From contig CBDCWI010000002.1 of assembly GCA_965223325.1 (NCBI GenBank), positions 4,096,001-4,160,000 on the forward strand: a stretch of 64,000 nt of DNA. Reading direction: 5' to 3'. Made by a program: the position numbers and the translations under genes. Under the pieces are notes generated by a model, which was not told the DNA's origin, did no database searches, and worked only from the letters and a program-made list of their open reading frames with translations. Positions 9,024-18,981 of this stretch are shown piece after piece; the first letter of the stretch is position 1; each line of letters starts with the position of its first letter. The stretch comes from Candidatus Multivoradales bacterium. GTDB taxonomy: Bacteria > Acidobacteriota > Thermoanaerobaculia > Multivoradales > Multivoraceae.

Positions 9024-10110
9024 TTGAGGCGGGCGTGGTTGGTCGCGGTTGTAGCGCGGGCCGGCGTTTCTTTCTTTGTTGGTGGATGGGGTGGCCGGTT
9101 GACGGTGCGAGGTGGTTACCACGCCCGCCTCAACCGGTCTTCTCCCCCCTTGGGATTGAGGCGGGCGTGGTTGGTCGCGGTTGTGGCGCGGGCCGGCGTT
9201 TCTTTCTTTGTTGGTGGATGGGGTGGCCGGTTGGCTTTGTGAGGTGGTTACCACGCCCGCCTCAATCGGTCTTCTCCCCCCTTGGGATTGAGGCGGGCGT
9301 GGTTGGTCGCGGTTGTAGCGCGGGCCGGCGTTTCTTTCTTTGTTGGTGGATGGGGTGGCCGGTTGACGGTGCGAGGTTGGTTACCACGCCCGCCTCAACC
9401 GGTCTTCTCCCCCCCTTGGTATCCCCCCAGGGGGACGGCGCAAGCGGTCCGTGGCGCTGGCCTTCTTTGTGGGGCCCTGGTTCCCTGCACTTGCGGCGTC
9501 GGCCTTCGTTTCGCTTGTCGCGCGCCTTTGCCGGACTTCGGGACTGAAGCGCGAGGTGCCTTCCGCGCTGGTTAGCGCGGGCCGGCGTTTCTTTCTTTGT
9601 TGGTGGATGGGGTGGCCGGTTGGCTTTGTGAGGTGGTTACCACGCCCGCCTCAATCGGTCTTCTCCCCCCTTGGCATCCCCCCAGGGGGACGGCGCAAGC
9701 GGTCCGTGGCGCTGGCCTTCTTTGTGGGGCCTGGTTCCCTGCACTTGCGGCGTCGGCCTTCGTTTCGCTTGTCGCGCGCCTTGCCGGACTTCGGGACTGA
9801 AGCGGCGGTGGTTTCGTGGCGGTTTGTAGCGCGGGCCGGCGTTTCTTTCTTTGTTGGTGGATGGGGTGGCCGGTTGGCTTTGTGAGGTGGTTACCACGCC
9901 CGCCTCAACCGGTCTTCTCCCCCCTTGGTATCCCCCCAGGGGGACGGCGCAAGCGGTCCGTGGCGCTGGCCTTCTTTGTGGGGCCTGGTTCCCTGCACTT
10001 GCGGCGTCGGCCTTCGTTTCGCTTGTCGCGCGCCTTTGCCGGACTTCGGGACTGAAGCGCGAGGTGCCTTCCGCGCTGGTTAGCGCGGGCCGGCGTTTCT
10101 TTCTTTGTTG
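9023..10110 (+). repeat. Tandem array 1: three 132-bp stem-loop units followed by about 255-bp composite units
   Basis: ATTGAGGCGGGCGTGGT at 9023, 9155 and 9287 (period 132); GCAAGCGGTCCG at 9440, 9695 and 9949 (periods 255/254); inverted arms 9024-9039 / 9118-9133. Confidence 0.95.
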
Positions 10111-10235
10111 CCTACGTCCAAACGGGGTCCGGAGGGGCCTCTGTCCCTGGTCGGAGCCCTCGAAGCTCCGGCTTTCCTCTGGGCCCTCGGGAATAAATCT
10201 TAGTCTCTTTCTGTCATATAGGTTGTTCGTGGCGA

Positions 10236-10266
10236 TTTGACAGTGATGGGCTCAGGAGTGTACGCT
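10236..10266 (+). promoter_or_regulatory. Sigma70-type dnaK promoter with overlapping HAIR-like operator
   Basis: TTGACA(10237-10242)-N18-TACGCT; TTTGACA-N7-GCTCAGG resembles the HspR site CTTGAGT-N7-ACTCAAG. Confidence 0.5.
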
Positions 10267-10423
10267 TCGGCCTGCTGCGAGGGTTGGGGCACGGTGAGCC
10301 CTGGTCTGCGGCTGTCGGGCGCTGTCGAGCGCGCCGGGGTGCTTTGTGCTCCAAGAGCGAGTCCAGAACTCACCCGAACCAAACCAGAACTTTTCGAAAC
10401 CTATCGGGACGGAGAACAAAGAG

Positions 10424-12340
10424 ATGAGCAAGATCATTGGTATCGACCTGGGAACGACCAACAGTGTCGTTGCGGTCATGGAAGGAGCGGAGCCCAAGGT
10501 GGTTCCCAATAGCGAAGGCGGTCGAACGACGCCTTCGATCGTGGCGTTTGCCAAGAACGGTGAGCGACTGGTTGGGCAGGTTGCCAAGCGCCAGGCGGTG
10601 ACCAACCCCGAGAACACGGTGTTCTCGATCAAGCGCTTCATGGGTCGTCGTAAAGACGAGGTCAGCGACGAGATGAGCATGGTTCCCTACACCATCGAGG
10701 CGTCGGGACAGGACGTGGTGGTCAAGGCGAATGGCAAGAGCTACACGCCGCCCGAGATCTCCGCGATGATTCTCCAGAAGCTCAGGCAGGCAGCGGAGGA
10801 CTATCTCGGTCAGCCGGTGAGCAAGGCAGTGATCACGGTTCCCGCCTACTTCAACGACGCCCAGCGCCAGGCGACCAAAGACGCCGGCAAAATCGCCGGC
10901 CTCGAGGTTGAGCGCCTCGTCAACGAGCCCACCGCGGCCGCCCTCGCCTACGGTCTCGACCAGAAGGGCGACACGACGATTGCGGTCTACGACTTCGGAG
11001 GCGGTACGTTCGACATCTCGATTCTCGAAGTCGGCGAAGGTGTTGTCGAAGTCAAGTCGACGAACGGTGACACCCACCTCGGTGGCGACAACATCGACCA
11101 GCGGGTCATCGAGTGGATCCTCGAGGAGTTCAAGAAGGACCAGGGGATCGACCTGTCGGCCGACCCGATGGCCATGCAGCGCCTCAAGGAAGCCGCCGAG
11201 AAGGCGAAGATCGAGCTCTCGACCGCCCAGGAGAGTGAAATCAACCTGCCCTTCGTCACTGCCGACGCCTCGGGCCCCAAGCACCTGAACCTGTCGCTGA
11301 CCCGCTCGAAGCTCGAGCAACTGGTCGGCGATCTGGTCAAGCGTTCGCTCGAGCCCTGCCAGAAGGCGCTCGACGACGCTGGCGTCAAGCCGGCGGACAT
11401 CGACGAGGTGGTCCTGGTCGGTGGCCAGACCCGCATGCCTGCCATTCAGGAGGCAGTTTCTGAGTTCTTCGCGCGGGAAGCGCACAAGGGCGTCAACCCG
11501 GACGAGGTCGTTGCCCTCGGTGCGGCGATTCAGGGCGGGGTGCTTGCCGGTGACGTCAAAGACGTTCTGCTGCTCGACGTGACGCCCCTGTCGCTCGGCA
11601 TCGAGACCATGGGCGGCGTGGCACACAAGCTGATTGAGCGCAACACCACCATCCCGGCGCGCAAGAGCGAAGTCTTCTCGACCGCCAGCGACAACCAGAA
11701 CCAGGTCGAGGTGCACGTGTTGCAGGGTGAGCGCGAGATGGCGATCGACAACCGCACCCTCGGCAAGTTCAATCTGGTGGGCATCCCCCCGGCGCCGCGC
11801 GGCGTGCCGCAGATCGAGGTCACCTTCGACATCGACGCCAACGGCATCACCCACGTCTCCGCCAAGGACCTGGGAACCAGCAAGGAGCAGAAGATCACCA
11901 TCTCTGGTTCGAGCGGTCTCTCTGACGAGGACATCGAGCGTATGGTCAACGACGCCCAGGCGCACGCTGGCGACGACAAGAAGCGTCGCGAGACAGCCGA
12001 GGCTCGCAACCAGCTCGACTCGCTGGTCTACTCAACCCAGAAGACCCTCGACGAGCACGGCGATAAGCTCGACGCTCCGTCGAAGACGGCCATCGAGGAA
12101 GCCCTCGAGGAAGGCAAGAAGGCCCTCGAGGGCGAGGATACCGAGGCGATGACCGCGGCAGTCTCCAAGATCTCGGAGGTCTCCCACAAAATGGCCGAGG
12201 CGATGTACCAGGCGGCGGGTGCCGAAGGCGCCACACCTGGTGCCGATGCCGCTCCAGGCACCGAGACTGCCGACGCTGGCGAGGCCGACGACGAGGTCAT
12301 CGATGCCGAGTACGTGGACGTCAACGACAAGGCGAGCTGA
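10424..12340 (+). CDS. dnaK: Chaperone DnaK (Hsp70)
   Basis: [59 protein letters not shown]; true start is ATG 10424 after GGAG. Confidence 0.99.
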   Translation: MSKIIGIDLGTTNSVVAVMEGAEPKVVPNSEGGRTTPSIVAFAKNGERLVGQVAKRQAVTNPENTVFSIKRFMGRRKDEVSDEMSMVPYTIEASGQDVVVKANGKSYTPPEISAMILQKLRQAAEDYLGQPVSKAVITVPAYFNDAQRQATKDAGKIAGLEVERLVNEPTAAALAYGLDQKGDTTIAVYDFGGGTFDISILEVGEGVVEVKSTNGDTHLGGDNIDQRVIEWILEEFKKDQGIDLSADPMAMQRLKEAAEKAKIELSTAQESEINLPFVTADASGPKHLNLSLTRSKLEQLVGDLVKRSLEPCQKALDDAGVKPADIDEVVLVGGQTRMPAIQEAVSEFFAREAHKGVNPDEVVALGAAIQGGVLAGDVKDVLLLDVTPLSLGIETMGGVAHKLIERNTTIPARKSEVFSTASDNQNQVEVHVLQGEREMAIDNRTLGKFNLVGIPPAPRGVPQIEVTFDIDANGITHVSAKDLGTSKEQKITISGSSGLSDEDIERMVNDAQAHAGDDKKRRETAEARNQLDSLVYSTQKTLDEHGDKLDAPSKTAIEEALEEGKKALEGEDTEAMTAAVSKISEVSHKMAEAMYQAAGAEGATPGADAAPGTETADAGEADDEVIDAEYVDVNDKAS

Positions 12341-12355
12341 TAGCCTTCGCCTCCC

Positions 12356-12760
12356 ATGGAGAAACGCGAAAGCTACCTTCACGAGCTATCCCGGATCCGG
12401 GGAGAGATCAACCGACTGTTCGAGACGGCGCTTTCGAGCGCCGGTCTCGACAGCGGTAGTCCGCTTCCCCCGGGGGCCTGGCTTCCACCCATGGACGTCC
12501 TCGAGGAGGACGACCACTACGAGTTTCACGTCGAGCTGCCGGGAGTCGACCCGGGCGGCATCCACTGTTCCATCGACGACGGGGTGCTCCAGATTTCGGG
12601 CCAGCGCTCCATGCCACTGGAGGAAGGTTCGAGCTTTCGCCGCATGGAGAGGATCTACGGCCCGTTCCGGCGCATGGTCGAGCTACGTGGGCCGGTCGCT
12701 TCGGAGCCTCAGGTGGACTTTCGCGACGGGATTCTCACGGTCCGCGTCGATCGCAAGTAA
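12356..12760 (+). CDS. Small heat-shock protein Hsp20
   Basis: W.PPMDVLE, VELPGV, L.ISGQR, RRMERIYG.FRR, F.DGILTV. Confidence 0.93.
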   Translation: MEKRESYLHELSRIRGEINRLFETALSSAGLDSGSPLPPGAWLPPMDVLEEDDHYEFHVELPGVDPGGIHCSIDDGVLQISGQRSMPLEEGSSFRRMERIYGPFRRMVELRGPVASEPQVDFRDGILTVRVDRK

Positions 12761-12814
12761 GAGGCGACCGAACGGCTCGGCCGCCTCACCAGGGAACAAA
12801 CCGAGAGAAGCACC

Positions 12815-13192
12815 ATGGCGCGCGCCAAGCGATACGTGATGATCAGCGTCGTCGCTGAACGGTACGGTATCCATCCGCAGACGCTCCGTTTGTACGAGCG
12901 CGAAGGTCTGATCGAGCCCCATCGCAGCGAGGGCAACACACGTCTCTACGATGAAGAGTCGATCGCGCGCCTCGAGGCGATTCTCGCCCTGACGCGCGAT
13001 ATGGGCGTCAACCTCGCAGGCGTGGAGGTCATCCTCCGTCTCAAGGCGCATTTGCAGGAGCTCGAAGAAGAGAATCTTCGTCTCCGTCGGGCGCTCGAGA
13101 TGGAGCGTCGCGATCGCCGGAGTGGCGTCGAGCGGCAACGGGCACTGGTCAAGTTCGAGAGCGCGGCCCTCCTGCGTCTCGAGGACGAGTAG
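12815..13192 (+). CDS. hspR: Heat-shock repressor HspR (MerR family)
   Basis: ISVVAE.YGIHPQTLRLYEREGLI.P.RS.GNTRLY and GVNLAGV; located in the dnaK operon. Confidence 0.9.
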   Translation: MARAKRYVMISVVAERYGIHPQTLRLYEREGLIEPHRSEGNTRLYDEESIARLEAILALTRDMGVNLAGVEVILRLKAHLQELEEENLRLRRALEMERRDRRSGVERQRALVKFESAALLRLEDE

Positions 13193-13372
13193 GGACGAGT
13201 AGGTCGGAGAGCGCGCAGCGCACCGGGTGTCTGCCTTGGGCTGCTAGGCTTACGGTTCGCCCGCCGCACCGTCCTCCTCCTGAGGTACGGTCCCTCCGGT
13301 GTTCTGGTGACACTCCGTGCGGCACCGCATGGCGGTGTGACCCCCGCCCCTCCAGTTTACAAAGTGAGGCCG

Positions 13373-14161
13373 ATGTCAGCCCCTCTCGATTTCCCGGTTC
13401 CGCCCGCTTGCTCGGTGTGCTCTGGGCGACGCTGGATTGTTGAAGAGGGGCGTGCTCGTCGCTGCGAATGCGCCCAAAGCATTCCAGGGTCGAACCTGAT
13501 CGAGAGGGCGGGGTTGCCTCCGCGCTATCGCGATTGCCGGCTGGAGACGTTCAAACCCGAAGTCGCCAGCGGTTCTGCCCGTGAGCAGCTGGCGCGCGCG
13601 CGCAGCATCTGCCGGCAGTACATCGATGAGTTTCTCGAAGCCGATGGGCTCTTTCGCGAGACCGGGCTGATCTTCATTGGCCCCCCGGGGGTCGGTAAGA
13701 CGCATCTGGCGGCGGCGGTTCTGCGAGAGTTGATCGAGCAGTACCGAGTCGATGGGCGGTTCGTCGACTTCACCAGCTTGTTGCACGAGATCCAGGCGAC
13801 CTTCGACTCGTCGTCGCCGATCACCAAGAACGCAGTGCTCCGCCCGGTCACCAATGCAGAAGTCCTGGTACTCGATGAGCTCGGAGCACAGAAGCCGACC
13901 CCCTGGGTCTCCGAGATGCTCTACCTGATCATGAACGCGCGCTACTCTCGGCGCCTACCGACCCTCTTCACCACCAACTTTCGGCTCGACCCGGAGGCCG
14001 AGGAGCAGGGCCTGGACCGCGGCGCCGATCAAACCGCGTCGCTCCATCGACGCATTCCGGCACCGCTTCTCAGTCGTCTCTACGAAATGGCTCGTCCCGT
14101 CGTGCTTGACGGTGCGCCCGATTTTCGGCGCCAGATTCAGGTCCACCAGCACGGCATCTGA
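13373..14161 (+). CDS. DnaC/IstB-like AAA+ ATPase with N-terminal Zn-finger
   Basis: CSVC...CEC, Walker A GPPGVGKT, Walker B LVLDELG, TLFTTN, SRLYEM; no istA transposase nearby. Confidence 0.88.
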   Translation: MSAPLDFPVPPACSVCSGRRWIVEEGRARRCECAQSIPGSNLIERAGLPPRYRDCRLETFKPEVASGSAREQLARARSICRQYIDEFLEADGLFRETGLIFIGPPGVGKTHLAAAVLRELIEQYRVDGRFVDFTSLLHEIQATFDSSSPITKNAVLRPVTNAEVLVLDELGAQKPTPWVSEMLYLIMNARYSRRLPTLFTTNFRLDPEAEEQGLDRGADQTASLHRRIPAPLLSRLYEMARPVVLDGAPDFRRQIQVHQHGI

Positions 14162-14186
14162 TCGCCGCTATCGATCTCGAGAAGAC

Positions 14187-16421
14187 GTGAAGCTGAGCAG
14201 CTCGAGAGGGAGGCCCCTGGCATCCCAGTGCAGGCAGGGAGACTCCGGCCACCGTCCGCTGGCGTGGGTGGTCGCAGCGCTCGTTCTTGCTGTGTTGTCG
14301 TGTAGTGCACCGCAGCCGGTCTCGTCGCCTCCGCCCCTACTCGACCTTTCCGAAGAGTGGATGGTGCCGGGTGACGTGGTGCCCACGTCGCCACCTGCAG
14401 CAACTCCTTCCGCCACCGCCGACAGGCCCGCCAGAGCGCCCGCGCCAGCGCCGGAAGTATGGCTCCCGGTGCGTGTGCGTGTGGGCCTCGACACCGACCA
14501 TCCGAGCTACGCTCTGCCATGCTGTCAAGACGAGTACCTGATCTACATCGAGGGCGAAAGAACCGGTTTCCGCATCCGCGCCGGCTCGCCGCAGGTCGTG
14601 ATTCGACCGGCCGCCCGTAGTGTGACCACTGGAGTGTTCAGACTGCAGGCCGCTGCCCTCAAAGACGAACGGCAGGCGGTCGGTCTCGCGCGTCGCCTGG
14701 GTGGTTTGCTCGACCAACCAGCCGACGCCGTGTTCGATGCCGGAACAGACCTCTATCGGGTGCGCGTCGGCGCCTACCGCGATCGCGCTGAAGCAGAGCG
14801 CGCAGCACGCCAACTCGAAGCTGCCGGGGTGAGTGGCGCTTGGATCGCTCAGGAGGGCGGTACGCTCGAGGGCGCGGGCTTCACGCTCGAGCAGGGTGGT
14901 AAGTCGCGTCGCGTTGACGGGCGCAGCCTGGTCGTGTCGTCTCCGTCGGGAGTTGTGGCGTTCGAGAAGCGCACCTTTCGTGGTGCCCTCGGGCTGTTTC
15001 TCAACGGTCGTGGGTCGTTGAACATCGTCAATCACGTGTCGCTCGACGACTACCTGCGCGGCGTCTTGCCGATGGAAATGGGTCCGGCGCTGTTTCCCGA
15101 GCCAGAGGCGCTCGCAGCCCAGACGATCGCCGCTAGAACCTACGTCGTTCGCCACATGGGCGAGTTCCAGGCCGAGGGCTACGACATCTGCGCGACCCCC
15201 CGTTGCCAGGTCTACGGTGGCATGGGTGCCGAACATCCGATGTCTGACCGTGCGGTCGCAACAACCAGTGGCCAGATCCTGGTCGCCGACGGCGGAGCCG
15301 CCAACGCGATGTACAGCGCCACCTGTGGTGGCCACACCGAAGACGTGAGCGCCGTCTTCCCGCAGCAGGACGAGTGGTACCTCGAGGGCATCGCGTGCTG
15401 GGAGCGCGGCGTAGACGAGGTGCGGGGCTACCGAACCAACGGGGCCTTCGAGCGTGAACTGCTCGACCGCTTGCTCGGGCCGGTGCGCCGGAAGTCGAGC
15501 CTCGACGCGCGTCTCGAGCAAGTTGCGGCCCGGATCGACGTTCCTTCACCACCACCCATGCCGGTTTCGCGTGCACGCAGCGAGATCGCTCTTGCCATCA
15601 GACAGAACTTCGACCTGCGTCTCGAGCCCGGGCTCTTGCAGGGTGCGCACAACGAGGAGCTGAGTCCCGCTGGAAGAGCGCTCACCAGGTTCTTCGGGCG
15701 TCGTGGGAGAAACCTGACCGCGCCAGAAGAAGACGAGCTGGTCCTTCTCCTCATGCGCGAGTTCGGACTGCTGCGCAGGGTGCGTGGCGGCTTTCTGACC
15801 CGTTCAGGCGATCGGCTGAGAGTTCGTGTCGAACGGTCACGCCTCGACCTCGTCGTTGGGCCCGATCTTCTGCTGGCACCTGAGAGGGGTGTTCAAAGAG
15901 CCGGTCAAGGGACGCTCTCGTTGCGTCCTGGTGATCCCCTCGAGATCTACTACGACGCATCAGGCGCGCGCGCCATCATTCCTCGCTTTGCGCTTGCTCA
16001 TCGGGCAGGGCCCAGGATTCCGGGGCCGTGGCGGAAGTTCAGGTCGGATCGGGAGCTGGCCCGCCTGGTGGAGGCGCGCTACCCAGGTTTTCAGATGATC
16101 GATCTGGAGGTCCTTCGTACGGGTCGCTCAGGGCGAGTTGCTGAAGTCCTGCTGCGTGACGCCACCGGTCGCGAGTTGACGATCGAAGGTCTCGCCATCC
16201 GCTGGACGTTCGACCTACCCGACGTGCGCTTCACCGTGTCTCGAGAGACCAGCGGACGTCGAGGTTGGCTGTTCAGGGGCCAAGGGCACGGCCATGGTGT
16301 CGGTCTCTGCCAGCGCGGCGCGGTAGGTATGGCGGCGCGGGGTCACGACCGAGCGACGATTCTCGAGCACTACTATGGCGGCCTACGCCCGATGCAGGTG
16401 ACGCAGGCGACTGGCGGCTAG
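14187..16421 (+). CDS. SpoIID/LytB-domain lipoprotein with SPOR domain
   Basis: Lipobox LAVLSC, SPOR (YRVRVGAY), YLRGVLP.EM, AQTIAARTY, CQVYGG, GHGHGVGLCQRGA; start uncertain. Confidence 0.88.
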   Translation: MKLSSSRGRPLASQCRQGDSGHRPLAWVVAALVLAVLSCSAPQPVSSPPPLLDLSEEWMVPGDVVPTSPPAATPSATADRPARAPAPAPEVWLPVRVRVGLDTDHPSYALPCCQDEYLIYIEGERTGFRIRAGSPQVVIRPAARSVTTGVFRLQAAALKDERQAVGLARRLGGLLDQPADAVFDAGTDLYRVRVGAYRDRAEAERAARQLEAAGVSGAWIAQEGGTLEGAGFTLEQGGKSRRVDGRSLVVSSPSGVVAFEKRTFRGALGLFLNGRGSLNIVNHVSLDDYLRGVLPMEMGPALFPEPEALAAQTIAARTYVVRHMGEFQAEGYDICATPRCQVYGGMGAEHPMSDRAVATTSGQILVADGGAANAMYSATCGGHTEDVSAVFPQQDEWYLEGIACWERGVDEVRGYRTNGAFERELLDRLLGPVRRKSSLDARLEQVAARIDVPSPPPMPVSRARSEIALAIRQNFDLRLEPGLLQGAHNEELSPAGRALTRFFGRRGRNLTAPEEDELVLLLMREFGLLRRVRGGFLTRSGDRLRVRVERSRLDLVVGPDLLLAPERGVQRAGQGTLSLRPGDPLEIYYDASGARAIIPRFALAHRAGPRIPGPWRKFRSDRELARLVEARYPGFQMIDLEVLRTGRSGRVAEVLLRDATGRELTIEGLAIRWTFDLPDVRFTVSRETSGRRGWLFRGQGHGHGVGLCQRGAVGMAARGHDRATILEHYYGGLRPMQVTQATGG

Positions 16422-16429
16422 GAGCGCAC

Positions 16430-16771
16430 CTACGAAGGTAGGACTTGGTCATTCGGCTCGCTTCCCTGCCCGACGAACTGCTGAACCGATATCCCAACGC
16501 GGCGCTCGAAGCGTTGGCAGTAGCTTTCGACATCGCCGACCTGCTCGTCGAGAAAGACGCGTTCGACCCGCGAAATCGGAACGAACATCGTCGCCAGGCC
16601 GAGCGAGGGCTTCTCGCCGCTAGCGGCCTCGGCCATCCAGTCGTCGAAGGTCGACACGTTGAGGCCCATGAGCACGAGACCGACGGCGTCGAGGCGCTGC
16701 AAAACTCCCCAGAACTTCTCGGAGGGTTGCGCCAGGTGAGTGATGACGATGGAACCTGGTTCCATCATCAC
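16430..16771 (-). CDS. Hypothetical protein, translationally coupled to mce
   Basis: 4-nt overlap with the mce stop codon; globular composition. Confidence 0.7.
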   Translation of the reverse strand: MMMEPGSIVITHLAQPSEKFWGVLQRLDAVGLVLMGLNVSTFDDWMAEAASGEKPSLGLATMFVPISRVERVFLDEQVGDVESYCQRFERRVGISVQQFVGQGSEPNDQVLPS

Positions 16772-17178
16772 GCAGTACCCTTCCGCGGTTCCGACAGCTC
16801 GACCAGCACCCCACCAGCGCTCTTTGGATGGATGAACTGAACCAGAGCGCCCTCGGCGCCAACCGACGGCGTATCGCGAATCAGACGGAAGCCATCGCCA
16901 CGAAGCTTTGCGTCCTCCCCGTGCACGTCGTCCGTCGCCATACAGATGTGATGAATCCCGGGCCCGCCGCGCTCGAGAAAGCGCGCAATCGCGGACTCGT
17001 CTGAAGTCGGTTCGATGAGTTCGATGCGCGTGTTGCCGCAGGGGATCATTGCCACCCGGACGTGCTCTCGAGGTACCTCTTCGATGTGTTCGATCGACAA
17101 ACCGAGGGCCTCGTAGAAGCCGCGCGACTCCTGGATGGAAGAAACCGCAATACCAATGTGGTCAAGACCTTCGATCAT
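16768..17178 (-). CDS. mce: Methylmalonyl-CoA epimerase (VOC fold)
   Basis: DHIGIAV, IELIEP, GPGIHHIC, FIHPKSAGGVLVEL. Confidence 0.93.
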   Translation of the reverse strand: MIEGLDHIGIAVSSIQESRGFYEALGLSIEHIEEVPREHVRVAMIPCGNTRIELIEPTSDESAIARFLERGGPGIHHICMATDDVHGEDAKLRGDGFRLIRDTPSVGAEGALVQFIHPKSAGGVLVELSEPRKGTA

Positions 17179-17277
17179 GGCCGGGGCCCTCGTGGAGATG
17201 AATCAGAGATGAAAGTGCTGCCGGAGAGATGAAGCAGAGTACACGGTGACCAGCGTCCGTCCGAACTCGGTGGAAGA

Positions 17278-18210
17278 AGTCGGCAAACGCCACGGAGCGC
17301 TTGCGCCGACGCCCCGCTTTGTGCAGGCCAGGGGAGAGGCATCGTTGGGAGGGGGTGTGGTTTGGAGGAGTAGCAACCGCGAGGTCGCCGCCAACCTCGG
17401 GACGGTCCACCAGGCGTGAACACCAAGACTGCACCCAGCGACGCGCAGTCCGTGGGGTTAGCGCGTCCGGAGAGGCGCGCGACGATCCCTCGTCTACGAC
17501 GATCGCTGCTGCAGGGGTACGGCTTCTGCAGTCGGCAAACGCCACGGAGCGCTTGCGCCGACGCCCCGCTTTGTGCAGGCCAGGGGAGAGGCATCGTTGG
17601 GCGGGGGTGTGGTTTGGAGGAGTAGCAACCGCGAGGTCGCCGCCAACCTCGGGACGGTCCACCAGGCGTGAACACCAAGACTGCACCCAGCGACGCGCAG
17701 TCCGTGGGGTTAGCGCGTCCGGAGAGGCGCGCGACGGTCCCTCGTCTACGACGATCGCTGCTGCAGGGGTATGGCTTCCGCAGTCGGCAAACGCCACGGA
17801 GCGCTTGCGCCGACGCCCCGCTTTGTGCAGGCCAGGGGAGAGGCATCGTTGGGAGGGGGTGTGGTTTGGAGGAGTAGCAACCGCGAGGTCGCCGCCAACC
17901 TCGGGACGGTCCACCAGGCGTGAACACCAAGACTGCACCCAGCGACGCGCAGTCCGTGGGGTTAGCGCGTCCGGAGAGGCGCGCGACGGTCCCTCGCCCA
18001 CGACGATCGCTGCTGCAGGGGTATGGCTTCCGCAGTCGGCAAACGCCACGGACCGCTTGCGCCGACGCCCCCCTTGGGGGACCCGGGGGGAGAAAGACGT
18101 TGATTCTGGGTGTGGTAACGACGTCTTCCATGCACGAGGTCGCCCCCGCAACCAAATCACTCCACAATCAACGGCACTCCCATCATCGACAAGACCACAC
18201 CCAGAATCAA
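17278..18210 (-). repeat. Tandem array 2: three near-identical 252-bp units plus a divergent terminal copy with a perfect 17-bp stem
   Basis: GTCGGCAAACGCCACGGA at 17279, 17531, 17783 and 18035; inverted arms 18100-18116 / 18194-18210. Confidence 0.95.
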
Positions 18211-18981
18211 TCAGAACTGAACCTTCTGGACAAAGAAGTCGGAGGGAGAGACTTTGCCTTCAGCCAAGGCCTTCGCGTCGGCCGGCCCGATGAGGAACTG
18301 GCCAGAGCGTTCGTTGCTCCGGTCGACCATGAGGACTTCGAAGGCCGCGAGCTGGCGATGGGCTGGTTTCACTTCGAGGAAACCGTGGGCGACAGCTTCG
18401 AGAGCCTCGAACACTTCTTTGGCTCCCGGTGCCTGCAGGTGAATCACCGCGCGGTCGGCGCTCGTGCCCTGAAAGACTTCTGGCCGGCGGATGCCGCGGT
18501 TCTCGAGCGCCTTGACAATGGCCTCGGCGAGCCCCGCGTCGGGGAGCCGCTCGCGACGGAGGACCTGCAGATCTGGATAGCCGGCTCGGGTCTTGCGGAT
18601 CTGAGGCCCAGAGTTGCTGCGGCCTGTGCTGAGCCGTCGACTGCCGATCGCGGCCCCGGGTGTCTGGTTGTTTCGGTTGACGTCGCTCGTGGTGAGCGGC
18701 CTGGCGCCGTCGTCGCCCAGGACCCTTGTGCTGTTGCCGAGGTTGTTGGTGTTGAAGCTCTTGGTCTTCTCGACGTCGACCTCAGATAGCGGGATCGAGG
18801 TCTGTGAGCCATTCGTGCGGGTGAAGAAGGCGCGGTCCCCGCGCACCTCGTAGGGGCCCTGGGCGTCGATCTGTTGACCGGTCTTGAGCACAATCGTGTA
18901 GGCCGAGGCGAGAGCGGCGAAGAAACTCGAGATCACAAAGACGATGAGAACGACGCGGACAGGGAAGAGAAGACGAGACAT
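18211..18981 (-). CDS. Hypothetical exported protein
   Basis: Signal peptide ending ALASA; typical GC3 codon usage. Confidence 0.75.
   Translation of the reverse strand: MSRLLFPVRVVLIVFVISSFFAALASAYTIVLKTGQQIDAQGPYEVRGDRAFFTRTNGSQTSIPLSEVDVEKTKSFNTNNLGNSTRVLGDDGARPLTTSDVNRNNQTPGAAIGSRRLSTGRSNSGPQIRKTRAGYPDLQVLRRERLPDAGLAEAIVKALENRGIRRPEVFQGTSADRAVIHLQAPGAKEVFEALEAVAHGFLEVKPAHRQLAAFEVLMVDRSNERSGQFLIGPADAKALAEGKVSPSDFFVQKVQF

Noticed and set aside
9020-10240. ORFs of 60-175 aa over array 1
   Set aside because: They are translations of the repeat; single-base indels between units change frame; no SD or known motif
10370-11965. 531-aa ORF antisense to dnaK (similar long antisense ORFs over carB, ugd, ligD, ku)
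   Set aside because: Well-known shadow ORFs produced by high-GC codon bias
13373-14161. IS21 element
   Set aside because: IstB-like ATPase only; no IstA transposase or terminal repeats
17162-18293. Three ORFs of about 330 aa across array 2
   Set aside because: The 252-bp unit is a multiple of 3 and GC-rich, so several frames on both strands stay open; the homologous arrays do not preserve frame
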